This document shows, in pieces, positions 42,934 through 52,931 of a DNA stretch of 64,000 nucleotides (the stretch's first letter is position 1; each line of letters opens with the position of its first letter). A model generated the notes under the pieces. That model saw nothing but the letters and a program-made list of their open reading frames with translations. It was not told the origin of the DNA and made no database searches. A program made the translations under genes and the position numbers. This stretch comes from a bacterium (GTDB taxonomy: Bacteria; JAJRZV01), in assembly GCA_024275095.1 (NCBI GenBank), contig JAJRZV010000050.1, positions 1,603 to 65,602 of the forward strand, written 5' to 3'.

Positions 42934-43887
42934 GTGGAAGAGTTGAAAAAAATCAGGGTGGTTTTTTACGGCAGTCCTGCGGAGGCTGTGCCTGTGCTGG
43001 AATCTTTATGGAAAGATGGAGATGTAGAAGTTTGTCTTGTTGTGACAAAGGAAGATGCACCGCGAGGGAGAGGCCTGAAACTCCAACCCACTCCTGTCAA
43101 AACCTTCGCCGTTGAAAAGGGTATTCCTGTGTTGACCCCTCGTAAACTCTCGGACCGCGAATTTATCAATAAGATAGAAACTCTTGCTCCTCACGTTGGT
43201 GTATGTGCAGCTTTTGGGCGCATTGTTCCGGTAGAAGTGATAAACGCACACCAGAAAGGAATTGTAAACATTCATCCATCACTCCTCCCACGGTGGCGTG
43301 GTGCAGCGCCGGTTCAGAGAGCCATTGAAAATGGGGACACTGTTACAGGAGTTACCTTTATGTTGATGACAGAGGGCCTCGATGAAGGACCGATCCTTTA
43401 TCAGGAAAGCACGGAAATTGCACCTGATGAAACAGCCCGGGAGCTTTTTCAGCGGTTGATGAATGCGGCTGCGGAGAGGATATGTTATGTGATCAGGGCA
43501 TACATGGCCGGACGGCTTAAACCCGTGCCCCAGGAGGGTGATGTTTCCTATGCCCGAAAAGTGGAAAAGGGAGAGGGCCTTATCTGCTGGGAAGAACCAG
43601 CCCGTAAAATTTACAATAAACTCAGAGCTTTTACACCGTGGCCCGGTGTTTACACCGTGTTTCAGGGCAAGCGTTTGAGAATTCACCGTGGCAGCGTGGT
43701 GGAGAATGTTGTGGTTGATTGCGGGAGACCCGGCGAAATTGTAAAAACTGCATCTGAAGGCATAGATGTGCAAACAGGGAGAGGATTGTTTAGAATAACG
43801 GAACTTCAGATGGAGGGCAGGAAAAGAATTACCGCCGATGAATTCTTACGTGGATACAGAATCAGGAAAGGAGATACGCTGGGTTGA
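42934..43887 (+). CDS. fmt: methionyl-tRNA formyltransferase
   Basis: 317 aa, GTG start; formyltransferase N-domain (...IHPSLLPRWRGAAPVQRAI...). Confidence 0.95.
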   Translation: MEELKKIRVVFYGSPAEAVPVLESLWKDGDVEVCLVVTKEDAPRGRGLKLQPTPVKTFAVEKGIPVLTPRKLSDREFINKIETLAPHVGVCAAFGRIVPVEVINAHQKGIVNIHPSLLPRWRGAAPVQRAIENGDTVTGVTFMLMTEGLDEGPILYQESTEIAPDETARELFQRLMNAAAERICYVIRAYMAGRLKPVPQEGDVSYARKVEKGEGLICWEEPARKIYNKLRAFTPWPGVYTVFQGKRLRIHRGSVVENVVVDCGRPGEIVKTASEGIDVQTGRGLFRITELQMEGRKRITADEFLRGYRIRKGDTLG

Positions 43888-45244
43888 GGGACCTTCTGGC
43901 GACATCGCCAGAAGGCTTGCCCTTGATGCGGTGAATGTTATTCTTGCGGGCCGTGGTGATTCGGATCGTACCGTTGACCGCTTTATACGTCGTTATCGTC
44001 TTAAAGGGCACACACGCTCGTTTTTCACCAATCTGGTATACGGCACGGTGAGGATGAAGGGTGCACTGGATTACGTTCTCGAGCTTTATTCCAGGCGCAA
44101 AATGGAAAAAACTGAAGATGTGTTTGCCAACATTTTGCGCCTGGGAGCTTTCCAGATTCTGTATACTGATGGAGTACCACCCTATGCCGCTGTTGATGAG
44201 TCAGTGGAACTTGCGCGGACAGTAAGCAGAGAGTGGGCCGCTGGAGCCGTCAACGCGATTCTGCGGAGGGTAGCAGCGGAGAAGGCGCTTATCCGCTGGC
44301 CATCTCCTGATAAGGGTCTCGTAGAACACATAGCGTTTGTGCATTCCTACCCCCGGTGGATGGTGGAAAGATTGATTCAGCAGTACGGGCCGGATGAAGC
44401 ACACGCACTCGCCAGGGCAATGAATGAAATACCTGTACTGACCATCAGGGTCAATACTCTGCGCAAGGCCCCGGAGTACGTGTATAAAATCCTCAGAAGG
44501 AAGTATGGAAATGTCCAGAAGGGGCGATACCTTAAAGAGGCCATCAGGCTTGAAGGAGTCAGCGTGACAGATCTTGTATACTACCTGAAGAAAGGTTCTT
44601 TCCACGTTCAGGATGAAGGCTCCATGCTGGTGAGCCTTCTTGTGAAGCCTCGAAGTGGCTTGCACATTCTCGATATGTGTGCGGCTCCTGGAGGAAAAAC
44701 GTCATATATCGCCGCACTCACGGATAACAGAGCGAGAATATGGGCAGCAGATAGAAACTGGAAGCGCTTGCAGGCCATGAAGAAACACATGAAAGAGCTG
44801 GGGGTGCGGGTGGGAAAGTACGTTTATGCAGACATGACGGGTATACCCCATGAATTAAAAGGAAAAAAATTTCACCGCATTCTCATTGATGCACCATGCA
44901 GTGGTACAGGAACCATCAGGCGCAACCCGGAAATCAAATGGAGAGCCTCTGTTGAAGAACTCGAGAAGCTCGCGGGAATTCAACTGAGACTTTTGAAAAA
45001 CGCTTTGAAAATGCTGCGTGATGACGGATTTATTGTGTACGTCACATGCAGTATATTGAGTGACGAGAATGAGAAGGTGATTGAACAGTTAATGGAAGAT
45101 GAAAAAGTGGAACTGGTAACGCCTGATTTTGGGTCCTCGGAGCTGAACAAACAGTTGCTGGGAGAGGAATCTTACTATGTGAGACTTCTTCCCCATCGTC
45201 ATGGTACCGACGGTTTTTTTGCTGCTGTATTGAGGAGGAGATGA
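43838..45244 (+). CDS. rsmB: 16S rRNA (cytosine967-C5)-methyltransferase RsmB/Sun
   Basis: 468 aa, NusB-like N-domain and SAM MTase (DMCAAPGGKT, ...DAPCSGTGT...); start overlaps fmt by 50 nt, not certain. Confidence 0.85.
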   Translation: MNSYVDTESGKEIRWVEGPSGDIARRLALDAVNVILAGRGDSDRTVDRFIRRYRLKGHTRSFFTNLVYGTVRMKGALDYVLELYSRRKMEKTEDVFANILRLGAFQILYTDGVPPYAAVDESVELARTVSREWAAGAVNAILRRVAAEKALIRWPSPDKGLVEHIAFVHSYPRWMVERLIQQYGPDEAHALARAMNEIPVLTIRVNTLRKAPEYVYKILRRKYGNVQKGRYLKEAIRLEGVSVTDLVYYLKKGSFHVQDEGSMLVSLLVKPRSGLHILDMCAAPGGKTSYIAALTDNRARIWAADRNWKRLQAMKKHMKELGVRVGKYVYADMTGIPHELKGKKFHRILIDAPCSGTGTIRRNPEIKWRASVEELEKLAGIQLRLLKNALKMLRDDGFIVYVTCSILSDENEKVIEQLMEDEKVELVTPDFGSSELNKQLLGEESYYVRLLPHRHGTDGFFAAVLRRR

Positions 45245-45894
45245 TGGTATTTGTGGCACCCAGCATTCTTTCAGCTGACTTTTCGTGTCTCAAGGAAGAC
45301 ATACGGCGTGTGGAAGAGGGAGGTGCTGATTTCATCCACGTGGATGTGATGGATGGACGTTTCGTGCCGAACATCACCGTTGGCGTTCCGGTGGTGAAGT
45401 CTTTGAAGAGCATCACTTCTCTTCCGCTGGATGTACACCTTATGATTGAAGAACCCGACAAGTACATAAACGCTTTTGCTGAGGCAGGTGCTCACGTGAT
45501 TACTGTTCACCAGGAAGCGTGTACGCACCTGCACAGGACAGTCACGAATATCAAAGAGCTTGGTGTAAAAGCCGGGGTTGCCCTCAATCCTGCCACGCCT
45601 GTGGAGCTCCTGGATGACATACTTGAAGAGGTGGACCTCGTTCTCATTATGCTGGTGAACCCGGGCTTTGGTGGGCAGAGCATGATCACCAGTGCCCTGA
45701 AGAAAGTGATGCGTCTTAAAAGGATAAAGAAAGAAAAACGCCTTCCTTTTCTTATCGAAGTTGACGGCGGAGTGAAAGTGGAAAATGCACACCAGGTGGT
45801 AGAAGCTGGAGCGGAGATTATCGTGTCAGGTTCAGGAATATTTAATACAAAGAATCCTGCTGATGCTGTGCGTACTTTGAAAAGCCTTGGGTGA
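45241..45894 (+). CDS. rpe: ribulose-phosphate 3-epimerase
   Basis: 217 aa, APSILSADF...HVDVMDGRFVPN... Confidence 0.95.
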   Translation: MMVFVAPSILSADFSCLKEDIRRVEEGGADFIHVDVMDGRFVPNITVGVPVVKSLKSITSLPLDVHLMIEEPDKYINAFAEAGAHVITVHQEACTHLHRTVTNIKELGVKAGVALNPATPVELLDDILEEVDLVLIMLVNPGFGGQSMITSALKKVMRLKRIKKEKRLPFLIEVDGGVKVENAHQVVEAGAEIIVSGSGIFNTKNPADAVRTLKSLG

Positions 45895-46588
45895 AGCCAG
45901 CGTACCCAGTGGTGCCCTTTTTGTTGTGGCCACTCCTATAGGTAACCTTACGGATATATCTCAAAGAGCTCTTGATGTTTTGAAGAAGGTGGATTTTATC
46001 GTATGCGAAGACACGCGGGTGACCAGACGGCTGCTCACTTATTTTGGAATAAAAAACAAACCACTGTATTGTTTTCATCAGCATTCTTCTGTCCACAAGC
46101 TCTCAAAAATTGTGGAACGACTCGAAAGAGGTGAAAGGGGAGCGCTTGTTACTGATGCAGGAACTCCCGGAATTTCTGATCCCGGCAGGCCGCTTGTACG
46201 CGAGTGTATTCGAAGGAACATCGCCGTTCACCCTGTGCCTGGCCCTTCGGCAGTGATGGCTGCGCTTATGGCATCGGGAGCAGAGTGCGGTAGAGGATTC
46301 GTGTTTGCAGGATACCTTCCCTCCACACGGCGCAAAAAACGCAAAACTCTGGAAGCACTGGCCCGGGAGAAAAGGCCTGTTGTGGTTTTTGAGTCCCCAC
46401 ATCGTCTGTTAGAGACCCTGGATATGCTTGTGGACATTATGCCGGATAGAGAGATTTGCGTGTGTCGTGAGATGACAAAAATGTACGAAGAATTTATAAG
46501 AGGATGTCCCGAAAACGTGAAGACGCGTCTTCAGGGAACGGTACGTGGGGAATGCACCTTGGTGTTCATGGAAAAAAGGGGGGCATAG
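45887..46588 (+). CDS. rsmI: 16S rRNA 2'-O-methyltransferase RsmI
   Basis: 233 aa, tetrapyrrole-methylase fold, LFVVATPIGNLTDIS... Confidence 0.9.
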   Translation: MGEASVPSGALFVVATPIGNLTDISQRALDVLKKVDFIVCEDTRVTRRLLTYFGIKNKPLYCFHQHSSVHKLSKIVERLERGERGALVTDAGTPGISDPGRPLVRECIRRNIAVHPVPGPSAVMAALMASGAECGRGFVFAGYLPSTRRKKRKTLEALAREKRPVVVFESPHRLLETLDMLVDIMPDREICVCREMTKMYEEFIRGCPENVKTRLQGTVRGECTLVFMEKRGA

Positions 46589-46658
46589 AAAAAAATTCCC
46601 CATGGCGTGCGCTTGTGTCTCATGGTATATTTAATGCAACATTTTTCAGGAGGCTGGA

Positions 46659-47507
46659 ATGGGTATCCTTTCCTTTATTTGGTGGGTTATTGTTCTCATT
46701 ATCAAGATAGATATACTGATGGTGGTGCTCACATGTCTGGTGGGTGTTTATGAGCTCAGGAACGACTCTGAACTTTCGGAAAAGGTGGGATGGCTGGATG
46801 TGGCATTTGGTCTTCTCAGCGAGATTTTCGCGTCACTTTTCAATCTTTTTGTGTTCCCCTTAGGTTATTTCCGCATTGAAAAATGGTTCAGGGCGTATGT
46901 CGACGAAGGCGTGGTTGACGCGCCCGTGCTTCTTCTGCACCCGTATTTTGGAAATCCGACCAATGTGTGGTTCCTCCTGTTTCGATTCCGCAAGTCCGGG
47001 TTCAACAATGTTTTTACCATTTCTTTACGGCCCCGCCTGGCCGGTCTTGACCAGTTTCTCCAGCAGGTTGATGATAAGGTTACGCAGATTCTTGAAAGGA
47101 CAGGTGCTTCTAAAATAGCCCTTGTTGGACACAGCATGGGAGGCCTGCTGGCACGGATGTACGCGCTGGAAAACCCTGACAGGGTTTTTGCAGTTGTAAC
47201 TGTTGGTGCTCCCCATCGCGGCTCTAAACTTGCCGTTTTTGGGCTCGGGAGATGTGCCAGGGACATGGAACCGGGAAGTTCAATTATTCAGGAAATCGAA
47301 GGTAAGTATCCGGATGTTCCGTTTCTCTCCGTGTATTCACCAGTGGATAACCTTGCATTACCGCAGCGCACAGCGATTGTGCCCGAGGATGGACTCCGGG
47401 TGAATTATGAGGCACCGTGCGTGGGACATCTTGCCATGATGTTTACACCCTCTGTGGCTGATGCCATAGTGGGATTCGTGAGAAGTAAAGCGCAGCCCGG
47501 TGAGTGA
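46659..47507 (+). CDS. membrane-anchored alpha/beta-hydrolase (lipase-like, GHSMGG)
   Basis: 282 aa, two N-terminal TM helices, nucleophile elbow GHSMGG; first gene of a 4-gene overlapping operon. Confidence 0.6.
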   Translation: MGILSFIWWVIVLIIKIDILMVVLTCLVGVYELRNDSELSEKVGWLDVAFGLLSEIFASLFNLFVFPLGYFRIEKWFRAYVDEGVVDAPVLLLHPYFGNPTNVWFLLFRFRKSGFNNVFTISLRPRLAGLDQFLQQVDDKVTQILERTGASKIALVGHSMGGLLARMYALENPDRVFAVVTVGAPHRGSKLAVFGLGRCARDMEPGSSIIQEIEGKYPDVPFLSVYSPVDNLALPQRTAIVPEDGLRVNYEAPCVGHLAMMFTPSVADAIVGFVRSKAQPGE

Positions 47508-48384
47508 TTTTCCAAGCCTGATTTTTATCACTGGTAAGGGCGGCGTAGGCAAGACCACCGTTGCCCTGTCCGTGTGTCTCGCCCTCGCCCGGAAGGGCAG
47601 GAAAGTCATGTACATTGAATGGGGACGCAACAATGCGTCTTCAGCTTTCTGGAACAGGCGTGTTCGACCTTACGAGCGTGTACGGGTACAGGAAAATATA
47701 GAAGCATTTCGCATTACTCCTGATAAGGCAATGGAAGAGTATGTAAAAATTCGGTTGCGCAGCCCGTTACTTTATTATCCCTTTCTCCGCAGCAAAGTCT
47801 GGAAAGGTTTTTCACAGACAATGCCGGCGCTTAAAGAGTCCGTAATTCTCGGTAAACTCTGGTTTATGATTTACGGTGAGGGACAATTCAGTGATGTGGA
47901 GGTATTTGTGTTTGACGGTCCATCTACCGGAGTGGCTACCGGTATGATAGATGTGCCTTATCGCATGAAAGAGGCTTTTGTAGTGGGACCAATGCGCGCG
48001 GAGGCTCAGAAGCTTATTGACCTGCTGGAGGCTCCCGGCACGGTTTTCTGGGTGGTTACGTATGGTGAAGAACTGGCAGTGGAAGAATGCCTGGAATTTG
48101 TTGAATATATTCGACCAAAGCAGTACAGAATCATATTCAACAGATATTACACCATGGATGTTAACACACATGAACTGGGAAAGCTTGAGGGGTCTCTTCG
48201 AGAACGCGCCAGGGGGGTCATTGATTATTATTCATTTCGCAAAAAACTTATTGATCATCATCTGAAGCGGCTTCAGGATTTCAATCCCCTCATAGTGCCG
48301 AATGTGTTTCATGCATTTGACATGAAAGAAATTGTTCAATGGACGTCACAGACGTTTGAGGAGGAGAGAGTATGGACAGGTTAA
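47500..48384 (+). CDS. ArsA/Get3-family ATPase, single-domain (half-size)
   Basis: 294 aa, deviant Walker A ITGKGGVGKTTVA, switch-II-like FDGPSTGVATGM; no arsB/arsD/arsR nearby. Confidence 0.75.
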   Translation: MSDFPSLIFITGKGGVGKTTVALSVCLALARKGRKVMYIEWGRNNASSAFWNRRVRPYERVRVQENIEAFRITPDKAMEEYVKIRLRSPLLYYPFLRSKVWKGFSQTMPALKESVILGKLWFMIYGEGQFSDVEVFVFDGPSTGVATGMIDVPYRMKEAFVVGPMRAEAQKLIDLLEAPGTVFWVVTYGEELAVEECLEFVEYIRPKQYRIIFNRYYTMDVNTHELGKLEGSLRERARGVIDYYSFRKKLIDHHLKRLQDFNPLIVPNVFHAFDMKEIVQWTSQTFEEERVWTG

Positions 48385-49205
48385 GAATAGGCACTGCTGG
48401 AGTACCTCACTCAGCAAAGAAACGGGATTCGATCTCGGGAATAAAGCGCATTCACGAACTGGGCTTGGACGCCATGGAACTCGAGTTTGTTCGTGGAGTG
48501 AAAATGAAGGCCTCTGTCGCGGAAGAAGTACGCCGGATCGCGGATGAATACGACGTAAGGCTGACCGTTCACGCTCCTTATTATGTAAACCTGGCATCAG
48601 AGGAAAAGAACAAACGTGAAGCGAGCATCAAGCGCGTGGTGGACTCTGCCGAGGTTGGACAGCTCTGTGGAGCTGTATCTGTAACATTTCACGCTGGTTA
48701 CTACGGGAAAAATCCGCAGGCGGCAGGTGAGCTTATAAGGGAGGGGATCCTGCAAGTTCTTGAGCAACTATCAGGATGTTACATCACCATCAGCCCGGAG
48801 ACCACAGGGAAACCTTCTCAATACGGGACACTTGAAGAATTATTGAATATAAGTCGTGAACTGCGCGTTGGTCTGTGTGTTGATTTTTCCCATCTTTATG
48901 CACGGAGCCTGGGAGCCATTAACGGGAAGGATGCTTTTCGCAAGGTCATAAAACAGGTAAAAAAGGTTCTTGGCCCACGAGTAGTTAAAAATATGCATAT
49001 CCACGTTTCCGGAATGGAGTTTTCAAGCAAGGGAGAGGTCAGACACCTCAATTTTCGCGAGTCAAGTTTTGATTACGTGGGACTTGTTGACGCACTGGTA
49101 GAAGAGAAGGTGACAGGGATTGTTATCATTGAAAGTCCAAATCTGGAAGAAGACGCCCTGCTTTTTAAAGACCTTTATACAAAATTTTCAGGTGGCCGTG
49201 TCTGA
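48372..49205 (+). CDS. xylose-isomerase-like TIM-barrel protein (AP endonuclease family 2 / sugar-phosphate isomerase-like)
   Basis: 277 aa, IGTAGVP...ELGLDAMELEF... resembles the Nfo/TIM-barrel family; overlaps the ArsA-like gene by 13 nt. Confidence 0.55.
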   Translation: MDRLRIGTAGVPHSAKKRDSISGIKRIHELGLDAMELEFVRGVKMKASVAEEVRRIADEYDVRLTVHAPYYVNLASEEKNKREASIKRVVDSAEVGQLCGAVSVTFHAGYYGKNPQAAGELIREGILQVLEQLSGCYITISPETTGKPSQYGTLEELLNISRELRVGLCVDFSHLYARSLGAINGKDAFRKVIKQVKKVLGPRVVKNMHIHVSGMEFSSKGEVRHLNFRESSFDYVGLVDALVEEKVTGIVIIESPNLEEDALLFKDLYTKFSGGRV

Positions 49206-50544
49206 AAAGCCTTCACACAGCCTGAAAGAAGGGAATGTTTTTTTTACCGTATCAGCGGTTATTTTTCTTCTGCTGATTGTCCTTGATATTTCGCGGATTC
49301 CCGATATGCGGGCCAACGCCCATCGCGCCCTTGCCGATGTTGCGGTTTTAAGTATTTGCTTCGTGTATTTGTACGTCCGCCGTCCGCTTCCCGGATGGGC
49401 TGTGTTGTTGGTGGTACTGGTGGTCAAATTCATTTCATATACCGGGAGGCACCAGGTTTTGTCCGGACCACCTGTCCCTTATATGATGACTATGGAAGCG
49501 GCAACTCTCGTGCTTTTCTTCATTCTCAATAGAATTGACGATTTGATCATATTCGGTCTGCACCCTATACCTGTTCTTTTATCCGGCAGTACAGGCAATA
49601 TTTATGTTGTTTCACTCATGCTTCTTCGCTGCGGCTGGGCACTTTCTGCGAAACGCCAGCGTATAGCCGGCGTGCTTTCACATTTTTTTTACGGTGCAGG
49701 TGCCATAATGTCGCTGCCTGCATTTTTGATTACGCCGCTTGTTGTAAAGGGAAAAAGAAGAATTTTGTTAACACTGGGTATTACTGTTGTCGGAAGCGGC
49801 TTGATATTTTTTTCAGGCCATACCCCTCCGTGGGTGCTTCATTTAACCGGGTATTTTAAAGGAGAAACATGCGCATCCCTTGCGGGTGAAATATTTGGGT
49901 CGATGGGCTTCCGTTACTATCCTGCTATCGGGGCTCTTGCAGTGCTTGCAGCGCTTGTGGGTAACTCGTCACGCTCACGCGAACAGGATGTGCTGCCTCT
50001 TTACCTGATGTTTGCTCCGTTTATGGGCGGTGGACTTGAGGGTGTTAGCTTGTACGGTTTTTTTAGCCAGGAAAAAAGCCTTGTTTATTTCAGTTTCTCT
50101 TTCCTCTTGCTGCTGGGAGCAGGTGAGTGGCCGCAGGGGCTGTGTCACCCTCCGGTTCCGTATCTCATCATGATGTTTTTGCCACTGCTGGTTGTATATG
50201 TAATATCGCGGTTTCCCGGGTGTTTCCCGGGTCCGCGCGGGAAACAGTACGACGTGACATTTCAACTGGAAGGAATGTGCATTGAAAAAGCAGCGAAAAA
50301 GTACCTGAAAAGAATGATGGAGGAGGGCCTGGAAGGGAAAAGTATACCTGAGAGCGAGTATGAAGTGCTCCGGGAATTTGTGGAAACAGCAGATTTCAGA
50401 ACTCTCAGAAGCAGTTACCCGGTGCTTGATGGGAGCAAATCGGTGAAAGTGAAACTTTTTCAGAAGAAGCAACGTTTATATATAAAGGTGGAGGAGACAG
50501 ACGGTGGGGTTCAGGAGATTCCTGTTTTGAAAAAAAAGACTTGA
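49198..50544 (+). CDS. large polytopic membrane protein with C-terminal soluble domain, unknown function
   Basis: ORF 49120-50544; start placed at in-frame GTG 49198 overlapping the previous stop; many hydrophobic helices and a ~100-aa charged C-terminal domain. Confidence 0.45.
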   Translation: MSEKPSHSLKEGNVFFTVSAVIFLLLIVLDISRIPDMRANAHRALADVAVLSICFVYLYVRRPLPGWAVLLVVLVVKFISYTGRHQVLSGPPVPYMMTMEAATLVLFFILNRIDDLIIFGLHPIPVLLSGSTGNIYVVSLMLLRCGWALSAKRQRIAGVLSHFFYGAGAIMSLPAFLITPLVVKGKRRILLTLGITVVGSGLIFFSGHTPPWVLHLTGYFKGETCASLAGEIFGSMGFRYYPAIGALAVLAALVGNSSRSREQDVLPLYLMFAPFMGGGLEGVSLYGFFSQEKSLVYFSFSFLLLLGAGEWPQGLCHPPVPYLIMMFLPLLVVYVISRFPGCFPGPRGKQYDVTFQLEGMCIEKAAKKYLKRMMEEGLEGKSIPESEYEVLREFVETADFRTLRSSYPVLDGSKSVKVKLFQKKQRLYIKVEETDGGVQEIPVLKKKT

Positions 50545-50616
50545 CAGGGAGGGTGTTGATAAATATTAGAATGTGTATATGTGTTTTGTGTGAAAACATA
50601 CCTTAGGGGGTGAAGC

Positions 50617-51720
50617 ATGAGAAAAGTAAGTATTTTCATGGCGGTTGCCATGGTGCTGGTAATGGGTTGCGAAAAACTGGCAAAGGTAAAACAGGAAAAT
50701 GCCACACCCGTGGCAACTGTTCAGGGCATTGTAACAGATGAATTCCAGTCTCCCATTGCAAATGCCAATGTGAAAATTTTGATAGAGGGAGTGTGGAGAG
50801 AGGGGTATGTGACCGACGAGCAGGGTGTGTTTGTTATTCCTGATATTCCAGCCGGATCTGTCTACACTGTGGAAATTGATGCTTCGGGTTATTTCACTGT
50901 ACAGTTCTCCGTGAACGTGCCCCTTCCTTCCAATTTCTTCCCCACAGGCAATCAGGTCTTGGACCTGGGTAACATCATTCTTTTCCATGACAATGGAGGG
51001 TTGAAAGGGTGTTTTACCATCCAGTTGCCCAATGCGACCAATCCGTGGCCTGCAACAAATGCAACCGTTGTACTTACGGTTAATCAGCTTGGTTCTAACA
51101 GCGTGGTCATCACCGGCATTCAGGCAGATGCAAACGGGTGTTTTGACATTGCTCCTACATCCGGAAGGTTACCGGCATCCAGTTTTGGGAATGTAACGGT
51201 CAATATTCTTGCAGTGAAGCAACAGGAGTACGTTGTTGGAACAACCGGTAGTGTAACAGTGCCGTATTCCTGGACGCTCAACAACCTCCCTCTGACTCCC
51301 GATCTGACAACCTACCTGGGATACAATACCATGACGCAAAACTGTGCTTACGCAGGAAATCCGATTATTGTTAACCTCACCCAGAATTTTGACCGCTGCA
51401 ACCCCATTGATGGATCGTGCCTCAAGAATTCCTCCGCGAACAATTCCGGAACCGGAATTACCGATAACAAGGTGATAAGGCTGAACGTAAAGTTTGACCA
51501 GGTGATGGATATGAGCACTTCTCCTAACTTCAGTTGCGATGGATGCGCAGGAGTTGTCACGTGGGGCTGGTACTGGTCGAACGATTTTGAAGGATACTTT
51601 CTCATTGAATTCGTCGCAGGCTCTGATGACTCGGGCCAGGCATATAAGATTACAGCCAATGGCAGCGCTGCTAACTACTGTGGCAACCTCTTGCAGACAT
51701 ACAACGGCGTTTTTAAATGA
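50617..51720 (+). CDS. lipoprotein with carboxypeptidase-regulatory-like domain, unknown function
   Basis: 367 aa, MRKVSIFMAVAMVLVMGC lipobox; ...VKILIEGVWREGYVTDEQGVFVIPDIPAGSVYTVEIDASGYF... transthyretin-like domain. Confidence 0.5.
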   Translation: MRKVSIFMAVAMVLVMGCEKLAKVKQENATPVATVQGIVTDEFQSPIANANVKILIEGVWREGYVTDEQGVFVIPDIPAGSVYTVEIDASGYFTVQFSVNVPLPSNFFPTGNQVLDLGNIILFHDNGGLKGCFTIQLPNATNPWPATNATVVLTVNQLGSNSVVITGIQADANGCFDIAPTSGRLPASSFGNVTVNILAVKQQEYVVGTTGSVTVPYSWTLNNLPLTPDLTTYLGYNTMTQNCAYAGNPIIVNLTQNFDRCNPIDGSCLKNSSANNSGTGITDNKVIRLNVKFDQVMDMSTSPNFSCDGCAGVVTWGWYWSNDFEGYFLIEFVAGSDDSGQAYKITANGSAANYCGNLLQTYNGVFK

Positions 51721-51738
51721 GACGGACCCAGTGCTGTC

Positions 51739-52863
51739 GTGAAAGCGCCTAAGCTGATTCCTGTAGTGATTGTTTTTGCGCTGGTGGGAGGATTGCCTCC
51801 CACCAGTTTTTCTGCATGGGCAAAAACGAAGAAGCCCAGATCTAAGGTCAGATATGTTGTGGTGGATGGAGAGAGGTGGAGTGTTGCTGTTAAAAACAGG
51901 GTTTTTAAGGTAAGGGTTGAGGGGCCTGCCCGTGTAGAGGTGCGTGTGAGAGCCCTTGCATCCCGTAGGAAGATGAAGAACAGGCCGTTTAACGTGAAGC
52001 TTGCGACACCTGAAAAGCGGATGAATTTAAACGTACCCGTTTTGGAAGTACCCGCGGGTATTCGTTATGCAGGTTTGAAGCGTTCTGTTCCAACACGCGC
52101 TATTTCCCTTATAAAGGACGTTGATATACCCGCCGGAATGCATGTTATCTCGCTGGTCCCGGAACGGACATGTCTTGTACAGGTAAAGGTCAGAAAGGTA
52201 CCTGCTCGCAAGAGAGAAGCACCGTCAGTGACTGCAGAAAAGAAAGGTTCTTTTCTCAACGTCAAAGCAGGCGCAGGCCCGTTATATTTTTCCCAAACAG
52301 GCTTCACATCTCCGGGCTTTAACCTGTGGGGCCAGGTGTATCTCCGTTCATTTTCTCCCCGGTTACAACTGGGAGGAACCATTGAGTACATGTTTTATCA
52401 GGCCGCGTACTTTTACCAGGACCCCGCCACAGTATCTTTTTATCCTCGCACTGCAGTGGTCAACGAGAGTCGAATAACGTTTTCTGCCACGGGTGATGTG
52501 TCACTTGTACGGTCTTCCACGTTTAAATTTTCACTTGGTGGAGGATATACAGGAGATTATTTCCTGAACAATTTTTCGAGAATTAATTTTCAAGGCATTG
52601 TTGCCCGGGGGAGGGTATTTCTGAATGTGAGTCCCACATGGATATTTAACACGGGCGCATCTGTGGCATTTCGTCTTGGAGGTACATCCTACACGCCTGC
52701 ATTTGAAGGTTTACCGCGCCTGCGTGTACGTGTTCCTCTTGTACTGAGCATTCCTCTTCGTTGGAACAATGTGAACATGCGGGTGGGTTATCGTTTTGAG
52801 TATCTGGATTTTGAATACAGTAGTCGGTTCTACAATGTGTTGATGCTGGCCCTGGCCATTTAG
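51739..52863 (+). CDS. exported (possibly outer-membrane) protein, unknown function
   Basis: 374 aa, signal peptide MKAPKLIPVVIVFALVGG; C-terminal half rich in alternating aromatic/Gly beta-strand-like segments. Confidence 0.4.
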   Translation: MKAPKLIPVVIVFALVGGLPPTSFSAWAKTKKPRSKVRYVVVDGERWSVAVKNRVFKVRVEGPARVEVRVRALASRRKMKNRPFNVKLATPEKRMNLNVPVLEVPAGIRYAGLKRSVPTRAISLIKDVDIPAGMHVISLVPERTCLVQVKVRKVPARKREAPSVTAEKKGSFLNVKAGAGPLYFSQTGFTSPGFNLWGQVYLRSFSPRLQLGGTIEYMFYQAAYFYQDPATVSFYPRTAVVNESRITFSATGDVSLVRSSTFKFSLGGGYTGDYFLNNFSRINFQGIVARGRVFLNVSPTWIFNTGASVAFRLGGTSYTPAFEGLPRLRVRVPLVLSIPLRWNNVNMRVGYRFEYLDFEYSSRFYNVLMLALAI

Positions 52864-52931
52864 ATAGAAACGTAAAGAACGGCTCGCACGGATTATTTTA
52901 TTTGTTTTTTCGAAGCTTCGATAGTGAGAGG

